Shown here in pieces: positions 55,453-64,000 of a stretch of DNA of 64,000 bases. The position numbers were made by a program, and so were the translations under genes. The stretch lies in assembly GCF_009914755.1 (NCBI RefSeq), contig NC_060930.1; one strand, written 5' to 3'. The stretch's first letter is position 1. Each line of letters opens with the position of its first letter. The stretch comes from the human T2T-CHM13v2.0 reference genome, Homo sapiens. The notes beneath the pieces were generated by a model, which searched no databases, had not been told where the DNA came from, and saw nothing but the letters and a program-made list of their open reading frames with translations.

Positions 55453-55750
55453 GGCTGGGCATGGTGGCTCACACCCGTAGTCCCAGTGCTTTGGGAGGCC
55501 AAGGTGGAGGATTGCTTGAGGCCAGGAGTTTGAGGCCAGCTTGGCAACATAGCAAGGGCCTGTATCTAAAAAAAAATTAAAAAATTAGCCAGTCATAGTG
55601 GTACATGCCAGGAGTCCTAGCTACTCAAGAGGCTAAGGTGGGAGGATCCCCTGAGCTCAGGAGTTTGAGGGAACAGTGAGCCACGCACTTCAGTCTGCAA
55701 CAAAGCAAGATTTGTCTCTAAAACAACAACGACAGCAAAAACCCAAACAA
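55453..55750 (+). mobile_element. AluJ (right arm partly deleted)
   Basis: GAGGATTGCTTGAGGCCAGGAGTTTGAG..CAACATAGCAAG. Confidence 0.88.
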
Positions 55751-55769
55751 AAAATAAGGAACAACAGGA

Positions 55770-57167
55770 ATGACTTTATAAAGTTACAGAATGGTGCAAC
55801 CCTCACCACAATCTTTTGCCCATTTGGCCTCATTTCTTTTCACACCCCCAGTCACTGGTAACCACAAATGTACTTTCTGCCTCTATGGATTTGTCTCTTC
55901 TGGACATTTCATACAAACAGAATCATACAATATGTGGTCTTTCACTAAGCATAGTGTTTTTGAGGTTCATTCATGTTCTAACATGTATCTGTGCTTTTTC
56001 TCCTTTTTCTTTTTTCTTTTGAGGCAGGGTCTCACTCTGTTGCCCAGGCTGGAGTGCAGTGGCATGATCTCAGCTCATTGAAGACTCCACCTCCTGGGCT
56101 CAAGTGATCCTCCTACCTCAGCCTCCCAAGTAGCAGCAACTACAGGTTCGTGCCACCATGCCCAGCTAATTTTTGTATTTTTTGTAGAGATGAGATCTCC
56201 CTGTGTTGCCCAGGCTGGTCTTGAACTTCTGGGCTCAAGCGATCTGCCTGCCTCAGCCTGGCAAAATGCTGGGACCACAGGCGTGAGCCATTGCACCCAG
56301 ACTTTTGTCCTTTTTATTGCTGAATAGTGTTCCAATGTATGGCTATACAATTCACACGTTAATGAATATTTCAGTTTTTTCCACTTTGGGATATTATGAA
56401 TAACACTGATATGAACACTTGTGTTCAAGTCTTTGTGTAGAATATATTTTCATATCTCTTGGGGGGTAGATACATAGGAGTGGAATTGCTGGCTGGTATA
56501 GTAAACTTATGTTTACTCTATCAAGAAACTGCCAAATGATTTTCCAAAGTATCTGTACCATTTTATATTCCTATCATTTTACATTCCACGTGAAGTTTCC
56601 TACCATTTTACATTCTAGATGAGGGTTCCAGTTTTTCCATATCTTCACCAAGACCTGTTACTGTATGTCTTTTTGGTAACAGTCATTCCAGTGGATGTGA
56701 AGTGATATCTCACTGTAGTTTTGATCTGCATTTCTATAATGGCTAATGATGTTGAACATCTTTTCATGTGCCTAATAGCTATTTATATACCTTGTTTGGT
56801 GAATTATCAATTCAAATGTTTTGTCTGTTTTGTTTTGTTTTTTAGGCAAGGTCTCACTCTGTTACCCAGGCTGGAGTGCAGTGGTATGATCACAGTTCAT
56901 GGTAGGCTTGGCTTCCCAGTTTCAAATGATTCTCCCATCTCAGCTTCCCAAGTAGCTGGGACTACAGGTGCATGCCACCATGCTTGGCTAATTTTTTTGA
57001 TTTTTAGCAGAGACAATATCTCACTATGTGGTCCTGGCTGATCTCGAAATCCTGAGCTCGAGCAATGCTCTCACTTCAGCCTCCCAAAGTATTGTGATTG
57101 CAGGCATGAACAACTGTGCCCGTCCCTTTTGTCCATTTTTAATTGTTGTCTTTTTATTATTGAGTTT

Positions 57168-57218
<51 letters not shown>

Positions 57219-57295
57219 TGGATAAGTTTCTCCCAGTCTCTGGCTTGTCTTTTCATTTTTTGGATGGCATCTTTTGAAGCATGAGTTTTTATGGA
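55770..57295 (-). mobile_element. L1MB/MC-like 3' region with AluJ at ~56005-56300 and ~56820-57122
   Basis: TAGGAGTGGAATTGCTGG...GAAACTGCCAAA..TTTTCCAAAGT...TGCATTTCT.TAATGGCTAATGATGTTGAACATCTTTTCATGTG. Confidence 0.88.
57171..57212 (+). repeat. (GT)21 microsatellite
   Basis: Direct reading. Confidence 0.97.
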
Positions 57296-58009
57296 CTTCT
57301 TTTCTTTTTTGCTTATTTATTGATGTATTTATTTAGAGGCAGAGTGTTGCTCTGCTGCCCAGACTGGAGTGCAATAATGCAATCATAGCCCACTGTGGCC
57401 TCCATCACTGTGTCAGCTGGACTTTTTAAAAATGAAACCAAAATAAACTGCTGTTGTGCTTAAGCCACTGTTTTTTGGGGTGTCTGTTATAAGCAGAAAA
57501 TAACTCATGCAAGGCTGTTTTTCATGCACCAGTTCCCGTGGGCCATGCAATATGTACAGTATGGAGCATGAACAAGAAAGTGCAAAATTCTAAGAGGAAT
57601 ATTGGGAAATAAACCTTCTTTGGGTATTTGGCATTTGAGTTTGGAGATGAGTCAGGAAGTTTTCTTAGGCAACTCATCTGTCAGTTGTCTTCAGGTTGCT
57701 GATACTCACTCAGTCTGGCCAAACTAGGTCCCTTCAAGTTTTCAAAACAAATTCTATCAGTCTCTGTATTTTTTGGGAAAAAATTGAGGGGTGGATTCTA
57801 AACAATTTCATAGGGAAAGAACTCCCACCGCACAGCACACAGCTTCATAAGCCTCTATAAAATTAGACTGCTCTCCCTCAGAGTTCTGAGTGGGCTACCA
57901 ACCTGGGAAACTGTCCTCACTCCCCTAAGCCTATGTCTTTTCCTGGGTCCCTTTTCTTGGATCTCTCTCAGGGAAACTTTCATTGTATTTATTTATTATT
58001 TATTTTATT

Positions 58010-58631
58010 TTATTTTCATTTTTTCTTTATTGAGATGGAGTCTCACTCTGTCACCCAGGCTGGAGTGCAGTGGTGCGATCTCAGCTCAACTGCAGCCTCT
58101 GCTCCCCAGGTTCAAGTGATTCTCCTGCCTCAGCCTCCCAAGTAGCTGGGATTACAGGCGCCCACCACCATGCCCAGCTAATTTTTGTATTTTTAGTAGA
58201 GATGGGGTTTCACTATGTTGGCCAGGCTGGTCTCGAACTCCTGACCTCAAATGATCCACCTGCCTCGGCCTCCCAAAGTGCTAGGATTACAGTCGTGAAC
58301 CACCACGCCCAGCCTACTTATTTATTTTGGAGACGGGGTCTCACTTTGTCACCCAGGCTGGAGTGCATGGCAACATCATGACTCACTGCAGCCTTGACCT
58401 ACTAGGCTCAAGGGATCCTCCCACCTCAGCCTCCTGAGTAGGTGGGACCACAACTGGAACCAGAGGTATGCACCACACTCAGCTAATTCTTTATTTTATT
58501 CATTAATTTTTTTGTAGAGATGAGGACTCACTATGTTGCCCAGGCTGGTCTTGAACTCCTGGGCTCAGGCAATTCTCACGCCTTAGCCTCCCAAAGTGCT
58601 GGGATTACAGGTGTGAGCCACTGCACCCAGC
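58010..58631 (-). mobile_element. Tandem AluS (58010-58314) and AluJ (58320-58631)
   Basis: Two antisense Alu dimers. Confidence 0.92.
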
Positions 58632-59319
58632 CCAGGGATTTTACTTGTAGAGCTTATCAGTTAGTCCCAGCTGCTGCCACCAACCTTGTGCCAGCCTGCC
58701 CGTCACAGACCAGGTCCCACCCCATGGGTAATAAATCACTTCGTTCTGGCCACGCAGCTATCCAGTGTGGGTGAGGCATCTTCCACCTGCCAGCCTTTCT
58801 GATATTTGAGGAAGCTCTCAGATTCCAGAGCATCTTTTCTTCCACTTTCCAAACACATCTTTACTTGAATGCCAGCCATGTACCATGCTCTGTGCCAGGT
58901 GTTTTAACTATATAGTGTCATTTAGTCCTCAAAGAGCCTTTACTACCAGTGACTGCATTGCACAAGGAAGGTAACCAAGGTTCTGAGGGGTTGAATAGTT
59001 CTCCCTACATCCCACAGGGAGTAGAGGATCCAGCTGGGGTGTCCATGCTGCTATCTTCTCTTGGCCACTGCATATTGACCACCTCTGGTGGCCCAGTCTT
59101 TACACTTAACTCTCCTTGTCACTTCTCATTCTCCTTGTAAGCTCCCCTGGAACACTCAGCTCAGAGTCCACTGACCTCAAGACTTTCTACTCCACAGCCT
59201 AGAAACTTCCTGAGGCTCAGACTATGTCCCCGTGATTAGAAGAGAAGCCCCATAAAGGTAGGCCCAGTGGTGCTTTCTTTCTCTAAATTCCTCTCAGCAC
59301 CTGGCAAGGTTTTTCTTTT

Positions 59320-59920
<601 letters not shown>

Positions 59921-59959
59921 GAAGATTTAGGAGAGGATGAAAATTAAATATCATGTACT

Positions 59960-60165
59960 GTGGAATAAGAGACATGGTCTTGAAACCGGGCTCTGCCACT
60001 TACGAATTGAGTGTTGGACAGCTCATTTAGCCTCACAAACTTTGGTTTCTCATCTGTAGCATAAAGAAGATAAAATTTCTTTTGAGTGGCACTTGTAAGA
60101 TTTATATTAACTACAATAACCAAAGTGTATAAAGCACCTACTAAGTTACTCCATGTGGAAAGCAT
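59960..60165 (+). mobile_element. MIR
   Basis: GGCTCTGCCACTTAC...GGTTTCTCATCTGTA. Confidence 0.7.
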
Positions 60166-61029
60166 TTAAAAAACAGAAGCATTATTAATTATTAAGGACT
60201 TATTTGCTCAATGATCTCTGAGAAGGAAATTGAACGCAATAGTTTTGAATTCTCAATGTTCATGTTCCCCCCGTATGTGCGTGCGCATGCACATATATAA
60301 ACACATCTAGCTTCACACCTGTGTACTCACACCTGTGTGTACACACTCCTCCTGTACATGTGTATACACGCACACCCTCCCACCAGCATGAGCAGTATGT
60401 GGATTTTTTCTTCCAGCAGCCCTTTCAAGAACATACACCAGATGGGATTGGGTCTGCTACATGACTGAGCAGCCCCCACATCAGAAAGTCATCATCATTG
60501 AATCCATCATGTGGTGCAGCCTTGGCAAGGGCACAGCTCCTCGTCCTGCCCAATGGGCCGTGGAGGAATGCCTCCTCCTCCAGAGCAGAGAGCAGATATG
60601 GGCAGGCAGTTGCCAGGCAGTTGAGCCGGGAGAACAGATGGCAGCTGCACAGCCTCCTTCTAGCCCAGTTTCCTGGCTGCCGGGGAAGGAGTTGCAGGCG
60701 GCAAGGATCCTGCAGAAACCGCCCTCCCTATAACAGGCCATCTTGCCCTCTATCCTCTTACTGGGCTTTGGAGGTCCCAATCCTGCCCTGGTTCACCACC
60801 TGTGTGGCTTACCAAGCTGTGCAACTTGGGGCAGGATGAATATCCTGAGTGCTGGTACTAGAACTCTAATTCTCTAATCTCAGTTATAACCTCAAGTCTG
60901 CTCCTTTACTCCTAATCAGAAGACAACTAGCCTTACCTGATTAATCATGACCTTAGGAAGAAACCCCTGGATAATTTTAGCAAATATCACATCTCTCAAA
61001 TCTACACACACACATTGTCTCCAGGTATA

Positions 61030-61430
61030 GGAGACACTGTAGATGCCAGTCTGGTCCGTATCCCTCAGCCCTTACCACTTCAGTGATCCCACCAAATTCC
61101 AATGGCCCGTCTCTGCATGTCTTTGCCTGAGGGTTTTCTCTGAAACCAGAGAAGCCTGTTTTGCCTGCAAAGGCAGGCTGAAGTGCAATGATCTATGTCA
61201 ACTACTGATGGAAGTGGGTATATAAAACTCAGTGTGCCACCTCCCCCGACTCCTCAGATGGGATGGCTTTAATGTGAGGTTTTGCACAGTCCCCACAGCT
61301 GTAGTCACTCCCAATGATAACTGGCTCGATGATACACCCTTTATTGGCCACCTTGCCATCCCCAGCTGTGTTCTCTGTACCCCTCAATCCTTATCTCAGG
61401 CTCAGCTTCTGGGGAAACCCAAACGAACAC
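61030..61430 (+). mobile_element. LTR16-family LTR
   Basis: CTTTGCCTGAGGGTTTTCTCTG...CTCAATCCTTATCTCAGG.TC.GCTTCTGGGGAAACCCAAAC. Confidence 0.65.
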
Positions 61431-61437
61431 ACCAATC

Positions 61438-61726
61438 TTTTTTTTTTTTTTTGAGACTGAGTCTCGCTCTGTTGCCCAGGCTGGAGTGCAGTGGCGCGAT
61501 CTTGGCTCACCGCAAGCTCTGCCTCCCAGGTTCATGCCACTCTCCTGCCTCAGCCTGCCGAGTAGCTGGGACTATAGGCACCTGCCACCACGCCCGGCTA
61601 AGTTTTCTTAGTACAGGTGGGGTTTCACCGTGTTAGCCAGGATGGTCTTGATCTCCTGACCTCGTGATCCACCCACCTGGGCCCCCCAAAGTGCTAGGAT
61701 TACAGGCGTGAGCCACCGCGCCTGGC
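61438..61726 (-). mobile_element. AluY-like with shortened linker
   Basis: GCAAGCTC, CCGTGTTAGCCAGGATGG; TSD ~ACACCARTCTT. Confidence 0.92.
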
Positions 61727-62495
61727 AATGAATACACCAGTCTTAACCTTTCGACTTCATCCTGTACATCTGAGCTTCTTTCCAGGTCATAAGCCTTTCC
61801 TTGAGCCACTAATTCTGTCTGGCATTCCAAATGTCTACTCCTGACTCTCAAGCCCAACCTCCCCAACTCTGGCTCCTTCCCTAATTTCACCCTAATAATG
61901 AATTCTAACCGTTTTATCCTAAAACTCTCTTTTTCACAAACAGCCTTGGTTCTTCTCCTCGAGTCAGTTCTTGGAGTCCATCCCAGCCACACATGGTGCA
62001 TTCACCCCTAGAAATGATCTGTACAAACAAGCAAGGGACTTGATAAAAAACTTCAGGCCAGTCTCTGGGATCTCAGAGTTACATGGCAGCCTGGCTGTGG
62101 CTTCTGGCTGCTTTTTTAAAACCTCTAGACAAGAACGGGGAAGGCTGGGGCACGTGTCCTGGATGGTTCACCCCAGGGAGCTCAGGGCTGGCATCAAGCC
62201 TGATGGGCTGGGCCAATTCATGAAGTTCTTGGCCATTTATTGGTCTCTAAGCTGAGCCCGCTTGAGATGAGGTGGGATGGGGCAGGCTGTGGGGGCAAGA
62301 TTTCTCTCAGCTGCCTGCTCCCCAATCCCTGCAATATCCTGTCTTTCCCCCTTTAATTTTCTCCTTTTCTTTTTTGCCTTTAAGCAACAAATAGAGGACT
62401 TAAAAAAGAGTGCCCATGTAAGGCAATTCAAACATTAGCCAAGGTTAATTCACATATTTCAACTGCATTTTAGATATCTTGAAAATCAAAATTCC

Positions 62496-62795
62496 GAAAC
62501 CATCATTCTCAGCAAACTATCGCAAGGACAAAAAACCAAACACCTCATGTTCTCACTCATAGGTGGGAATTGAACAATGAGAACACATGGACACAGGAAG
62601 GGGAACATCACACACTGGGGACTATTCTGGGGTGGGGGGAGGAGGGAGGGATAGCATTAGGTGATATACCTAATGTAAATGACGAATTAATGGGTGCAGC
62701 ACACCAACATGGCACATGTATACATATGTAACAAACCTGCACGTTGTGCACATGTACCCTAAAACTTAAAGTATAATAATAATAATAATAATAAA
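62496..62795 (+). mobile_element. 5'-truncated young L1PA (PA3-5-like) 3' end
   Basis: GAAACCATCATTCTCAGCAAACTATCGCAAGGAC...GTACCCTAAAACTTAAAGTATAAT; perfect TSD GAAAATCAAAATTCC at 62481-62495 and 62796-62810. Confidence 0.95.
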
Positions 62796-62812
62796 GAAAA
62801 TCAAAATTCCTA

Positions 62813-63580
<768 letters not shown>

Positions 63581-63587
63581 GCATTGA

Positions 63588-64000
<413 letters not shown>

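Noticed and set aside
56555-56620. Three copies of TAYCATTTTAYATTC
   Set aside because: Small local slippage within an old L1; no functional implication evident
60400-60840. Possible exon: TTTTTTCTTCCAG/CAG acceptor followed by 90-113 aa ORFs
   Set aside because: No convincing donor or protein similarity; a lncRNA exon cannot be excluded without transcript data

Overview
Primate (very probably human) genomic DNA with no recognisable protein-coding gene, RNA gene, CRISPR array or prokaryotic system. Roughly half or more of the window is interspersed repeat (estimated by eye): about 60 Alu copies or monomers, MIR, L2, L3/CR1, old and young L1 fragments, a near-complete but heavily interrupted HAL1, solo LTRs (THE1, MLT1, MLT2, LTR16, LTR33, MER31/67-like) and DNA-transposon relics (MER5A, MER104, Tigger4, MADE1). 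The listed ORFs are Alu/LINE-derived, repeat-derived or chance. Unique stretches between repeats carry several compact AT-rich islands dense in homeodomain, PBX-HOX and MEIS/TGIF, POU and FOX motifs, plus one CpG-rich block (~36.5-37.1 kb). This looks like an intergenic or intronic regulatory domain of a developmental gene (inference; the locus was not identified). The most unusual directly visible items are a patchwork of two locally templated duplications at 40.0-40.3 kb, an AluYb8-like element lacking the 7-bp Yb duplication, a helically phased AATTAC array, paired TALE-factor palindromes, a G-rich 34-bp minisatellite born inside an L2, and two near-spacerless head-to-head Alu palindromes. 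I found no convincing new biological system. Repeat subfamily names come from recalled consensus features, and old-repeat boundaries are approximate.
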